In this document: piece after piece, positions 41,801 through 51,586 of the stretch
Layout: each line of letters opens with the position of its first letter
Numbering within the stretch: the first letter of the stretch is position 1
Position numbers and translations under genes: made by a program
Assembly (NCBI RefSeq): GCF_046119375.1
Contig: NW_027362767.1
Coordinates: 415,710,001 to 415,774,000, forward strand
Reading direction: 5' to 3'
Origin: Phyllobates terribilis
Taxonomy: Eukaryota
DNA: 64,000 bases
Notes under the pieces: model-generated
The model's input: the letters and a program-made list of their open reading frames with translations, nothing else
The model's database searches: none
What the model was told of the DNA's origin: nothing

Positions 41801-42839
41801 CTGTCTCTATGTAGCACTTGTTCAGAAGCAGCCTGGTGGATATTATACACCAATATAGAGCAGTGTAGCTATGAACCCAGATCGAGGGTGAGATAAACAC
41901 CTACTAGAAAGCAGCAGCGTAAACTCTCTGCTTCTCCATCCTCCTCCCCTCTCCACAGACTTTGATAGGCAGCTATAATCTGATCTCTCAGTGAGCTGGC
42001 AGTTTGTCTTATTTTGACTGACAGATTTGAGCTGTTTTTTTTTCCTTTCCCTTTTTGGACGGCAAATTAAGAATGCAGTGTCCCATAAGTGGAGAAAGAA
42101 GACTGTACTATTGATTTTATAAAAAGTTTGTTGAAATCACATTGAGAATAACCCAGCGCTATAAAATTAAGCCTCTTAACGACCTCCCATATTTGTTTAA
42201 ATGGTTGTAGACACAGTTATTAGAGCTACTACTTTAAGTACCTGGCCCTCGCACCATCTCCTTTTTCTTGCTTTCTTTTCAGAATCTCATTTTCCTGCTT
42301 CAGCTTTGCCAGCTCTTTAGTCAGTTCTGCTACAACCTGGGGCTCAGTAGATGGTAGTGTTGGAAAGGGCGCAGAGGGTGGAGGAGCGGAGTGCTGGCGA
42401 GGGGTCTCGAAGTGAGAAGGTGGGATCAGTCCAGTGACACCTGTGCGGGAGAAGAGGGTAGAAAGGACAGCACACGTGAGAATACCGACAAATGGTAAAT
42501 GGCGCTGAACGTGTCCAGTTACTGTTCAGGAGTGAAGGCTGCCAGGGGCAACAGCTATGAAATCAGTGGCATAAACCACGTGAATGTGACCGAGCCCATC
42601 ATACATAGTATGGATGCGGAGACTGCCCGTCTATGGCTCTGGAGCACCCGGCAAGCCCATTCATTACACAGATAAAAATAAAAGCAATGTAATGTTTCAT
42701 TCCTCCTGTGATGGCGCTGCAGGAGAACACCTCTTAGCTGGGTATCATACAGCCAATTGCTGCCGGGACTCTGATCAATCTTACCAGGTCCCCTGGATGT
42801 CAGGAACGTAGACGGTGGATTTAGGCTTCTCTTCTCCAT
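23743..42839 (-). CDS. CCHCR1: Coiled-coil alpha-helical rod protein 1; complete 17-coding-exon gene, 761 aa
   Basis: All exon phases are compatible and the joined CDS is 2286 nt. Recognisable motifs: GLIPPSHF, LRTYIGELVP, LTHILSLQE, WREKVFSLMVQLK, EARREHTKAVVTLRQ, ERDKNLMMATLRQEGL. Confidence 0.93.
24256..24388 (-). CDS. CCHCR1: CCHCR1 coding exon 16
   Basis: ATLRQEGLFASYQKTRL...; 133 nt. Confidence 0.92.
24646..25275. mobile_element. Solo LTR in a CCHCR1 intron
   Basis: (G)GTCACG...GTGACA termini (first base diverged from TG) and exact 5-bp TSD GTTTA (24641-24645, 25276-25280). Confidence 0.7.
25367..25518 (-). CDS. CCHCR1: CCHCR1 coding exon 15
   Basis: VTLRQTERQIQREKTRSQE...ERDKNLMM; 152 nt. 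Confidence 0.93.
25588..28752. mobile_element. Large non-autonomous TTAA DNA element (piggyBac-like termini) with an internal duplication and a nested MITE
   Basis: TTAA/CCCCTT...AAGGGG/TTAA; an internal tandem duplication of about 420 bp between 26050 and 26950; no transposase ORF. Confidence 0.7.
26996..27292. mobile_element. hAT-type MITE
   Basis: TAGTCTTGAG...CTCAACACTA termini, palindromic body, imperfect 8-bp TSD GTTGTCAT/GTCGCCAT. Confidence 0.75.
29051..29152 (-). CDS. CCHCR1: CCHCR1 coding exon 14
   Basis: ELQDKVRAVEEK...LHEARREHTKA; 102 nt. Confidence 0.93.
29245..29433 (-). CDS. CCHCR1: CCHCR1 coding exon 13
   Basis: EAEIEAARQTASLL...QKEEYEK; 189 nt. Confidence 0.92.
29574..29704 (-). 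CDS. CCHCR1: CCHCR1 coding exon 12
   Basis: ...LNEERDRLSAELKRSALIIEGRVTEAREK; 131 nt. Confidence 0.92.
30106..30181 (-). CDS. CCHCR1: CCHCR1 coding exon 11
   Basis: GLVAQRLALVKLRQEE...; 76 nt. Confidence 0.9.
30488..30600 (-). CDS. CCHCR1: CCHCR1 coding exon 10
   Basis: FVQVFYTQENSFRGALQRLVTLGQRVSFATKRVDTIQ; 113 nt; only the 30600 acceptor keeps the frame. Confidence 0.87.
31171..31277 (-). CDS. CCHCR1: CCHCR1 coding exon 9
   Basis: CLQDKMTSAQVTAASL...; 107 nt; an alternative in-frame acceptor lies 9 nt downstream. Confidence 0.85.
32107..32217 (-). CDS. CCHCR1: CCHCR1 coding exon 8
   Basis: ICALENSLQESNQQLALYSHAMQDRTAEAEMERVRNK; 111 nt. Confidence 0.92.
32307..32438 (-). CDS. CCHCR1: CCHCR1 coding exon 7
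   Basis: DKHLDGQKTQQLLKLWREKVFSLMVQLKS...; 132 nt. Confidence 0.93.
33424..33831. mobile_element. Tc1 deletion derivative nested in the L1
   Basis: TA-flanked CAGCTCTGGCAAAAGTTAAGAG / CTCTTAATTTTTGCCAGAGCTG termini. Confidence 0.75.
33890..33990 (-). mobile_element. Penelope-like terminal remnant (second copy)
   Basis: Reverse-complement match to 18400-18560, including GAAAGCTTGCA, a short (TA)n and TGGTTAGCCAATAA. Confidence 0.5.
35123..35236 (-). CDS. CCHCR1: CCHCR1 coding exon 6
   Basis: LLEKERDALQTSMSLLQTRLSSLTHILSLQESDLCRKA; donor gtaagt; 114 nt. Confidence 0.92.
35313..35448 (-). CDS. CCHCR1: CCHCR1 coding exon 5
   Basis: QSHVKLESQNALVLQLRTYIGELVP...; 136 nt. Confidence 0.92.
35570..35745 (-). 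CDS. CCHCR1: CCHCR1 coding exon 4
   Basis: LQSLAESHKMESDKL...; 176 nt, phase 0 to 2. Confidence 0.9.
36165..36432 (-). CDS. CCHCR1: CCHCR1 coding exon 3 (ends at a GC donor)
   Basis: ...KALEIIAHQMKEIQKLE...MQKLQE; donor GAG/gcaagt; 268 nt. Confidence 0.85.
36579..40643. mobile_element. Palindromic TTAA-flanked MITE (Kolobok-like AG termini) split by a DIRS insertion
   Basis: Arms 36579-36786 and about 40425-40643 are inverted copies, with TTAA at 36575 and 40644. Confidence 0.8.
36787..40295 (-). mobile_element. DIRS1-type retrotransposon with inverted terminal repeats and an internal complementary region; internally deleted and degenerate
   Basis: Gag with CxxC..CxxC (39241-39675) and LAP2alpha-like RRAIWLKTWSG; RT TIDLKEAYYHVPI...YQFTCLPFG (37544-37894); YR C-terminus ATWTNLNTFCKHYKL (37130-37260). 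The ICR at 37033-37125 joins the complements of both termini. Confidence 0.9.
40648..41568. mobile_element. Shorter non-autonomous TTAA/CCC element (same family as 57795-59068, opposite orientation)
   Basis: Internal sequence matches the reverse complement of 58600-59060; it starts at the TTAA that ends the preceding MITE. Confidence 0.65.
42242..42440 (-). CDS. CCHCR1: CCHCR1 coding exon 2
   Basis: GVTGLIPPSHFETPRQ...; cag/ acceptor and AG/gtactt donor; 199 nt. Confidence 0.9.
42785..42839 (-). CDS. CCHCR1: CCHCR1 coding exon 1 (MEKRSLNPPSTFLTSRGP)
   Basis: ATG at 42839, acceptor at 42853, donor G/gtaag, phase 1. Confidence 0.75.
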
Positions 42840-43549
42840 CACTGTCCAGGACACTGCAGGACCGAAGAACACAAGTGTTACTCTCTGTGTAAAGCATGGC
42901 CTCCATTTGTAAGCCATAACACACTACCCCATACCAGTGATCGATGACGGACCCCACAGACTGACAAAACAGGACAATCCTTTTAACCAGTTCAAGACCA
43001 TGAAAAACAAACAAAACAAAAAAAACGGTCAGTTTTTCACATTTTTTTTTTTATTAATATTTTTAATTGTGATCCCTTTACCATAACAATTATTTTTAAA
43101 TAATCGGACGCCGTCATTTTTTATTTTTGTTGTCTTATTCATCAAGGACGGGGTTCAAAAAAGCAAATCAGACTGAGAGCAACTTTTTTTTTTTATTAAT
43201 TATTATTATTATTATTATTATTATTAATTTCCCAGCTTATATTTCACTTATTTTGTACATTGTTCCCCGTAAAGTTATAACAGACCTTTTTTGGGGGGAG
43301 GGGGCTGAGAGGAGGAATGAACATTTACTTTTTCTTTTTCCTGATTGCAAGAGATCAGCAAATTTGCAGGACCCTTGCACAGTGATGTCCCAAGCGTTTG
43401 GTTTGCCAGCATGGCGCGATGTCATGTGTGTCAGCTAATCCAAAAAGGAGTTGAGGATGTTGTCATGTAGGAGGCGGTTCATAGGACTCCTGTTCGGCAG
43501 CCACCTAGTTATGCGAATCAGATCAATTCGCCCGTCTCCACTGATTTCC

Positions 43550-44663
43550 CCTGTAACTTGATTGTTGGTGTATACTGCTCGACTCACTTGGGTATGTATG
43601 CAGTTTTTTCTTTAACTCTACCCACAAGTGTTCGGTGTTCGATTGGGTTGAGGTCTGGGGACTCTGGGGGCCAATCCAGCACCTCTCCTTCGTCAATCCT
43701 CAACATATGCTTTGCTTCGTTGTCCTCTTCATACCCATAGTACTCGTGTGTACGAAGTAACTCATCTTGTAGGATACTCACATATAGCTCAGCATTGAGA
43801 CAACCATCGATCCTGGACAAGTTTTCAATGCCTTTGGCTGTGAAACAACCCTATATCATCAGGCTTCCTCCACCGAACTTCACAGTTCCTTCAATTTCTC
43901 GATTCGTTAGCCCCCTTTTCCTTTTTCTTCCAGACCCATTTGCACCCATCAGAGTCTAGTCTATTGACTTTAGTCTCATTGTTCCAAATCACCCGTTTCC
44001 AATCTTCTACTGTTCGCTTTTCGTACTGTTTTGCAAACTTGAGCCGATGATGTTGAAGTCGAGGCTTCTTCACCTTTTTTCGGGCCACCATTCTTGTGTA
44101 AAGTGCATCGCATGTTGCTTGCATGGATGTCTGTGATCGCACTATTACAAAGCATACGAGCCTCCTCCACTGCCGTGTTTGTCGCACAAGAACTAATAAA
44201 CCTTCTGATGAGCCAACTTGTTGACTCCAATATTTTGCCTGGACGTCCACCTCTTGGCTTTTGAATGGATGGACGGACTTCATTTCGTATTTTTCCAACT
44301 GTCACGGCGCTCACATGATACAGTTCCGCAATTTTCTTGGCTGAGAGACCACTATCGATGAGCCGGATGATGCTGTTGCTCTTTTTCATGGCTGCTCCTC
44401 GATTCGAACCAGTGACCTTTCACTTGGGAACCTACCCAATAACACACTGAGCTGTTAGGGAATGTGGCAACGGGTTGTAATTTGTAGTATCCTCGAAGAA
44501 AAAGATTCTGCATAACTAATTATATGCAAGTCAAATTTATGTATGAGATAGCCAAGATGACTATTTGTAAAATGACGGTAGTCTCACATTTGAAGCAATA
44601 GTGGATGGTGAGATATGGAGTCTGAAAGTCAAAACATTGTTGTTACCCTTTTGCTCGTCAGCG
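43550..44663 (-). mobile_element. Degenerate Tc1 element in a CCHCR1 5' intron
   Basis: Frameshifted transposase pieces: MKKSNSIIRLIDSGLSAKKIAELYHVS (HTH), [25 protein letters not shown]. The left end is truncated and approximate. Confidence 0.75.
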
Positions 44664-45239
44664 TATTTTAGCCCCAGTTACAGGACAAGTTCACTTTCCT
44701 GCCTGCACCGAAGAGCAGATCTGGATCAGCTACGACCCTGCAGCTCCAGCTCTGTCCCAGCACCCGGCGATTACTAGAGCAGGTGGCACCGCCATTATGG
44801 CTTCCTAAACAGCATACATGGCGCTCGTTCAGCGATCAGGAAGGTAATGAACCCCCTTTCTTTTCTATGGGGGGGTTCGAATGTCTCTGACGGGAGGCTG
44901 CTTCCTCCTTGGGATCTTGGTGCAGCTGCTGACTCTGGAATGACACATGCGGACATCGTGTGATCCGCGAATAGTTACGTCAACGGAGAAAATCAATTTG
45001 CACGGAGCAGATCGGAGCATGACGAGAAGATCTGGTGAAATTCCACCCTCCCGGCTGCTTCTGTAATATCTGACGCATTTCTGCGCCAGAATCTGGACAG
45101 ATAATCCTCAAATTTCCTGTCCTGTGTGACGTCACCTCAGCGCACGTCATCCCAAACAACCAAAAACCATTGCCGTAAACCCGTGCGGCCTCATGGCAGG
45201 CGGCGGAACTGCAAAGTCTTGGACTTTTTGCGTTATTCG

Positions 45240-45800
45240 GCCATTGGCCACCTACAAGTTCCCTAATTTACTCATCCAGTGTTGCAATGAGGCATTCTGG
45301 GACTTGTAGTCCCCCAGCAGCTGCGATATCATCCTTACCTGCATTCTATCTTACCTTTTCCACTTTCAGCCCTGTCTCAGTTATTACACTTCCTCCAGGC
45401 GGGCTGTGGACCCGGGGAAACCACAACTGAAACAGCCGCCATGACTTTTTCTTTATTTTTTCCACTCCCCTTAGCAACCAAATTGCCAGGATAGCAACGA
45501 CACCAGCCATTTGTCAACCAACATGTTCCTTGAGCAATAAAGTTTATTCAAAAGGACGTGTCAGCAGTGAATAAAAAAGGAGGGCAGGGTTAAAATGCGT
45601 CAACCAATGAGAGTGTCGAATAAAAGGCGTGGTTAATAAGACCAATCACTGATGAGAGGGGCGGGGTTTCTTGAGCTGGTCAGAAAGTGTTTCGCCAATG
45701 GGTAGGCGTGGGCGTGTCCCACGCTGGAAACACGCGCCAAATTTCAAAGGCGCGCTTCCTTCCTCTGACTTTCCCGCCGTTATTCCCGGCGCTGGTGAGC
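45240..45800. promoter_or_regulatory. Bidirectional CCHCR1/TCF19 CpG-rich promoter
   Basis: CCAAT at 45604, 45642, 45695; E2F-type CGCGCCAAA at 45733 and TTTCCCGCC at 45770; CHR-type TTTCAAA at 45742; ZNF143-type ACTACAAGTCCCAG on - near 45297-45310. Candidate CCHCR1 first-exon donors at 45339 and 45355. Confidence 0.7.
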
Positions 45801-46176
45801 AGCGGCGGCGGGGACGGTGGTTCCGTGAGCTCCGTGACGTCACAGCCGGGTTTCCCCTCTCGCTCTCTCCAGTGTCCTCCCTCCCTTCCCCCACTGCTGG
45901 GCACAATCTGAGGAGCTGGATTCCTGGAGCGAGAGGTTGTAGGTAGAGCAGCTGGAGCAGCTGACGTCAGCAGTAGTGGAAGCCACGCCCATTCTGTAGT
46001 TTTTGGGGTTCTTTTAAAGGGATAGGAGGATATGATGCTGTTTTAAAGGAACAGTTTGACCTTGGTGACCTGGAGACTTCTTAAAGGCAGTAGTTTTAGT
46101 TGGTTATAATATTGGGGGGGTGAGGTTAAAGGTCATCGCTATTGGCGATAATTAGACGGTCACCGTAACAGCCACC

Positions 46177-46438
46177 ATGGTGGGGTCAGATGTGTCGCAG
46201 GTGCAGCCGTGTTTCCAGCTGCTTCGTATGGGCTCCGACCACGGAGCGGTCCCGTCCTCTTCACAGGACCTGTACACCTTCCTGCCGGACTCCTCCCGCT
46301 GCACCTACCGGCTCGGGGCGCGGCCGGACCTGTGTGACGTCCCCCTGCCCGGGAAACCCGGCGTCCAGGCGGAACTCCACGCGGAGCGAGAAGCGAGCGG
46401 AGACTGGCGGGTGAAGCTGGAGAGCTGCTCCAACTGCG
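46177..46438 (+). CDS. TCF19: TCF19 coding exon 1 (FHA N-terminal half)
   Basis: Kozak GCCACCATGG; donor G/gtgact, phase 1. Confidence 0.92.
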
Positions 46439-49400
46439 GTGACTATCTCCGTGTGTCTCTCTCATCCGTCTTCTCTTTTAGGCTTTGTCTATGTAGATGG
46501 CGCCACGCTGACGCGTTTCGAGACGTCCAATCCGAAACTGGATGTGGCGACCTGGAGGAAACCAACGTCAAGATCCTTACAGTGAAGTGCGACATCCTAT
46601 GCGACCGCCGGCCATTAGGTCGTGGTGTAGTCACACGGTGCCCCGGTCCACCATGGATTACGCCGGTAGCTGCTTACGATAAAACCGTACACGGCCTGGT
46701 AGAGATGTGAAAGTCTATTATCACGGCCTGGTCAGTAATCTGCGGACGGGACAACCCCCTCCTATCCCTGTCATTGGTCGGCTCTTCTGGTATGACATCA
46801 CGCCGTAACGATGACTTCACACCAAGCCGGCCAATCAGAAGAACTGATGCCAGGAAGTAGGCGGTTGTCAGGCTTCCTGTCCAACAGCCACAGATTACTG
46901 ACCGGGGCACTGATTCGCCCCATAGTCCATGTGCGGACTCCAGACCTCACCTGATCTCACCGGTGTGCACGAGGCTGTAAGTTTGGGTCAAGAGATCCAC
47001 AGGCAGTCCTAGGCCACGTTCACACTTTCAGTATTTTCTCAATATTTCACATCAGTATTTGTAAGCCCAAACCAGGAGTGGGTGATAAATGCAGAAGTGG
47101 TGACGTGTTTCTGTTATACTTTTCCTCTGATTGTTCCATTCTTGATTTTGGCTTAGAAATACTGACCAAATACTGAACGTGGCCTATGCTGGGATTCTGC
47201 ATGTATTATATTATGTGCCATACGTGAAGGGGTGGCCCCTGTGTCATAGTATACAGCTTCACTGAAGTGAGGGGCCGAACTCGGAGTCGCTACCCCCTTC
47301 TAATTTTTCCTTGCACGGTCTCACTCCCTTACAAATGTAAGGACTGACTGTGAAAGGGCTGCCTCACTGAAGGTGCCGATGCTAAATGTAAATGCTGGTA
47401 TAAATATCATGTGAGAATATCCCTTTAAAGGGGTATTCCCATCTCCAAGATCCTATCTCAATATGTAGTAGGTGTAATAATAATAATATTATTAGCAAAT
47501 ACCTCCAATTAGAAGTGTAGTATAGCTTTCCGTTTTTTCATTGTCTCTTTCCTCATGTGCAGGACCTTAGGTATCCATGGTTACGGCCATCAGCAATGAG
47601 CTAACTCACTATATCAATGGTCGTAACCATGGATACCTAAGGTCCTGCAATGCCTGCCCATGAGATAAGTGACACAGAGAATCAGAAAAACCATACTACT
47701 TTTCTATTTGGAGGTATTTGCTAATATTATTATTATTACACCTACTGCATATTGGGATAGGATCTTGGAGATGGGAATACCCCTTTAAGGGTATTTTGTC
47801 ATCCACATAGATGGATATTGCTGTGAAGCGCCTGTGAACACAAGCACTTTTGCAATTTACGGTTTGTTAAAATTTTTAGTCTTTCCTGAGATATTAACAC
47901 TTTTGTTTACAGCTCATCACCTAGGAGACCGACCACCGCTGATAGCAGAACAAGCACAGAGCTTACCAGCTCTTTTCTATTGAGCTTGTAAGCACTGTTT
48001 TGAAGTCGGCCTGGATCGCTGTGATTGTGGTCTGTCACTTTATAATGTCTGCCAGTTTCAGCGCAGCGCTTACAAGCTACAGGGCAGCAGTCGGTTTCCT
48101 AGGTGACGAGATGTAAACAAATGAGAACTGTTAATTAGTGATAAGCGAGTATGTTCGGTTAACCCTTTCGGCGAGTATACTCAAGTGAGTACTGAGTATC
48201 TTCAGCGTACTCGGTGATATGTTTGAATCACTCCCGTGTGCATGATTTGCGACAGTTTGACAGCTTTATTACATGGGAGGAATGCTTGTTTCTTATTCAA
48301 ACATATCACCAAGTACGCTGAAGATACTCAGTACTCACTTGAGTATACTCGCCAAAAGGGTTAACCTAACATACTCGCTCATCACTAGTGTTAATATCTC
48401 AAGAACAGCTAAAAATTGTAATAAAGCGGTAAATTGCAAAAGTGCTTGGTTTTTCAAAGCCCAATGGTGATGGGAAAAGCCCTTTGAAGTTATCATACAC
48501 TTACCGGTGCTACTGCTTTTACAGCAGAGATAACCGACCCGCCTGCTATAGTTGCATCCTATGCGGGTGCCTCTGTTCGTAGCAGGAATGTTATGGCACT
48601 TGTGTCTTTGTGAGTTCTCTATAAATGTATAGAAGCTCTGATATCCAAAGGAGTCGGGGTCCTTACTGCATAGATAAGGTGATCACTTGGTCTGACCACT
48701 GGGACCCCTACTCGCCTGAAGGAATGGGCTCTGAAATGCCCCTTCGGAAAATAACAAACGCTGCTCTTCCTTCCTTTGCTCCATTCATTGTCTATGGGAC
48801 TGCCGGAGAGCGCTGTACTCTATCTGCAGTCGTCCAATAGAGAATGAATCCGTGTCACCGCTCTTCTCCAACAGGGCATTTCGGGGTTTCTTTCTTGGGA
48901 TCGGCGGGGGTCCCAACGGTTGGAACCCACCGATGTGCAAGTTAAGAATTTAAAATGGCTTCTATACTTGAAGGGGTTGTCCAGCACTGCCTTTCCTCCA
49001 CATCAGGAGGTAAGTGGCTGTGATAACGTTGCGTATTTCTGCCGGGACGCGTGCACGATCGATGCGTGTTGTGCCGTGTCCAATGAAGCGACTTCTGTTG
49101 AGGTTTCTGAAGGTCCATCATGCTTTGTCACTATATATGTCACATTTACTCTTTTATTTATTTTTTTCTTCATGTTTGCTGCCCTCGCGCCTTTCCTCCT
49201 ATTATTCCCCTGCGTTCTCTTGCACTTAAAAAGGTTGGTCCGATTTGGAAAACTATGGCTGCTTTTTTGCAAAAAATAGTGCCACATCTGTCAGTAGGTT
49301 GTTTGTGGTACTGCTTCTTAGCCCCATCCATATCGGGAGTGGAGTTGCAATAGCAGGCACAACGCGTGACGATAATTTTTGGCACAACTAGTGACTATAA

Positions 49401-51586
49401 TTTTTGGAGAAAGCAGTTTTCCTAATCCAGCACAACCCCTATCAGACACGTGGCATACTGATGTTCCCTTTTATATTTTTATTCTAGGTATTTACATCAA
49501 TGAGGTTCAGCTCCAGTGTCGTCAGAGGATAGAGCTGTCGGACGGAGACCTTCTCCGCTTCCAAGAGGGTCCTCCTTCACTGTCGCCTCCTTCTGCATCC
49601 CCCGACACATACTTTCTGTTCCAGCGGATTCGCGTGCGTCCTTTGGACTTCTGCGCCATCACATCACCACGTGCCCAGGCCACTCCTTCCACCGGCTTCA
49701 CCCCCGTACTAGGAACGCGGCGGCTTGGAGGGGAACGCGGGGCCTCTCCTCATTACACGACCGGAGCCACCGTCATCCTCAACTCCATTGGTAGCATCAG
49801 CAAGATGAAGCGTGAAAGGATGCACAATGGCGGACTGATAGGAGGGACAGTAGAGCTGACCAAGCCGCCGACTCCAGATTTACCGCTGCCGTCTCGTACG
49901 GGTTTGGAAAGAAGGAGAAGCCGCAGGAAAGCTCAGCACAAGGTCCTCTGTGAACTGGAGGAAGATGAGGAGCGGCAGGTGGAAGATGAAGATGAAGATG
50001 GAAAGAGGAAGAAAAAAAGAGGAAGTCAGAAGGAAGATGAAAAAGGGATGGCACAACAGGTGGAAATGGGAAGGTGAGGAGAGTGCTGTTTTTAAGGAAA
50101 AGTTGTTTGTTTGTTTTTTTAAAACAAACTTGAGCTTTACTCGCCCTCCCTAGGTCCTGTGCTGAGTCTTGGCAGCTGCTCCTAGTGTCTTTTATTGTCT
50201 GCAGCGCTGACGTCCTGTCGACAGCACTGCAACCAATCTGTGAGCTCAGAGACTGTGCTCAACTTGACAGCACAAGCTGTTCAGCGCTGCTGAGCTCACA
50301 GATTGGCTGCAGTGCTGTCGAAGTGACGTCAGAGCAGCAAATGATAACAGACACCGGGAGCAGCAATGGAGACACACCTCTGGACCCAGGGAGGGTGAGT
50401 AAAGCCATTTTTTTTCCTTTGCAGCCAGAGGACTGAGGTTTTCTGGAAACTCCTTTAAATTTAATTTTAAGCTTTGTGATAAATTCAAAAACCCATCGGA
50501 TCCTTCCCTAATCCCGAGTTGGGGTTTATGCACACGGCTGTTATTATACATAGCCAGGGTGGGGGGAGATCTCCATACAAGCCCAATGGCATTCACTGCC
50601 GTCTATAACCTCTCACTGCCCGAGCTGTGTTCAGGTCTTTCGATACCTAGTGGAAACCATCAATATGTTTGTCAGAGATCTCCTTTAATCCCGGAAGGAT
50701 TTTTTCCCCAGATTTCTGTGTAGAGCATGGTGTAAAGACAACGCATCCCAAAATGCATAAAGCCAGGAAGGAATCCTTTTTGCTTTTAGTTATGATTCTT
50801 AATATGTTGCACCATAGATCAGGCTCAGAGAGACGCTGTAATAAAAGGGCCAGTCATGCCCGCCGTGCGTGGCAGGAGCCACCGGACATTACTTGCACTA
50901 TTTTCACTGATACACGTGCATGCTGGGATTTTTAGGTCTGTGTGAACGGAGGCTACAGTGGGTCCGTGTGACGTCCATTGTGCTCATCTGAAGCTGGTCG
51001 TGTTCACACAGCCATGTATTACACTATAAATGCTCCTGTTCTCCCATCCGAGTAAATTACTGGGTTATGCCATCCCTTTTTGATCAGCAGGACCCCTACT
51101 GTTCCTGAAAATAAAGGGGGCCCTTAATAGGTTTTCTCTGCACATCAGACATGGCTCCATTTAAGTGAGATTTACACTGTAATCTGCAACAATATGTCGG
51201 TATGAAACTTTGCAAATGTACTGATTTTTCATTCATGCATACGTGTGTTTTGCCTGCAGGCAGGTCGCTGTTGTCCTTTTTTTTCGCCTCCGTCCCTCGA
51301 TGCCGTCTGAGGCCATTTTTGCTCATTTCACTTCATTCCTTTTTGCAGGAAGCCTCGTGGTCGTCCAAGAAAGAACCCAGCTCCTCCGACGGTTGTGTCC
51401 CAGACTGTCTCGTCCCAGACGGTCTCCAGTGCAGAACCTTGCGCCTGGCAATCGTGCTGCCTCCCGCAGGAAGACACTGTGAGCTGGGTGCAGTGCGACC
51501 GCTGCGACTCCTGGTACCACGTCGTGTGCATCGGCCGCAGCCTGACCTCCCTGCAAGACACAGACTTCCACTGCGGCTGCACGTGA
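46177..51586 (+). CDS. TCF19: Transcription factor 19 (FHA + PHD); complete 3-coding-exon gene, 361 aa
   Basis: join(46177-46438,49488-50073,51349-51586) = 1086 nt with compatible phases. Motifs: PCFQLLR, DLYTF, CTYRLG, AELHAE, ELSDGDLL, FLFQRIRVRPLDF, VILNSIGSISK, RGRPRK and a C-terminal PHD. Confidence 0.94.
47429..47784. mobile_element. Palindromic TTAA-flanked MITE in TCF19 intron 1
   Basis: Near-perfect long inverted arms AGGGGTATTCCCATCTCCAAGATCC..., with TTAA on both sides. Confidence 0.85.
48136..48387. mobile_element. hAT-type MITE, same family as the one in the hsp70 pseudogene, nested in another MITE
   Basis: TAGTGATAAGCGAGTATGTTC termini; shares the internal GCATGATTTGC...TTTATTACATG; TSD CTGTTAAT/GTGTTAAT. 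Confidence 0.8.
49488..50073 (+). CDS. TCF19: TCF19 coding exon 2
   Basis: Acceptor ttctag/GT; donor AG/gtgagg; 586 nt. Confidence 0.92.
51349..51586 (+). CDS. TCF19: TCF19 last coding exon (AT-hook-like RKPRGRPRK and PHD finger)
   Basis: CAWQSCCLPQEDTVSWVQCDRCDSWYHVVCIG...FHCGCT*. Confidence 0.93.

Noticed and set aside
46505-46530. Hammerhead motif CGAAACGCGTC on the minus strand
   Set aside because: No CTGANGA core or stem II at the required position.
46439-46710. C-terminal extension of the 177-aa ORF as part of TCF19
   Set aside because: TCF19 similarity stops at the phase-1 donor at 46438; the rest is intron read-through.
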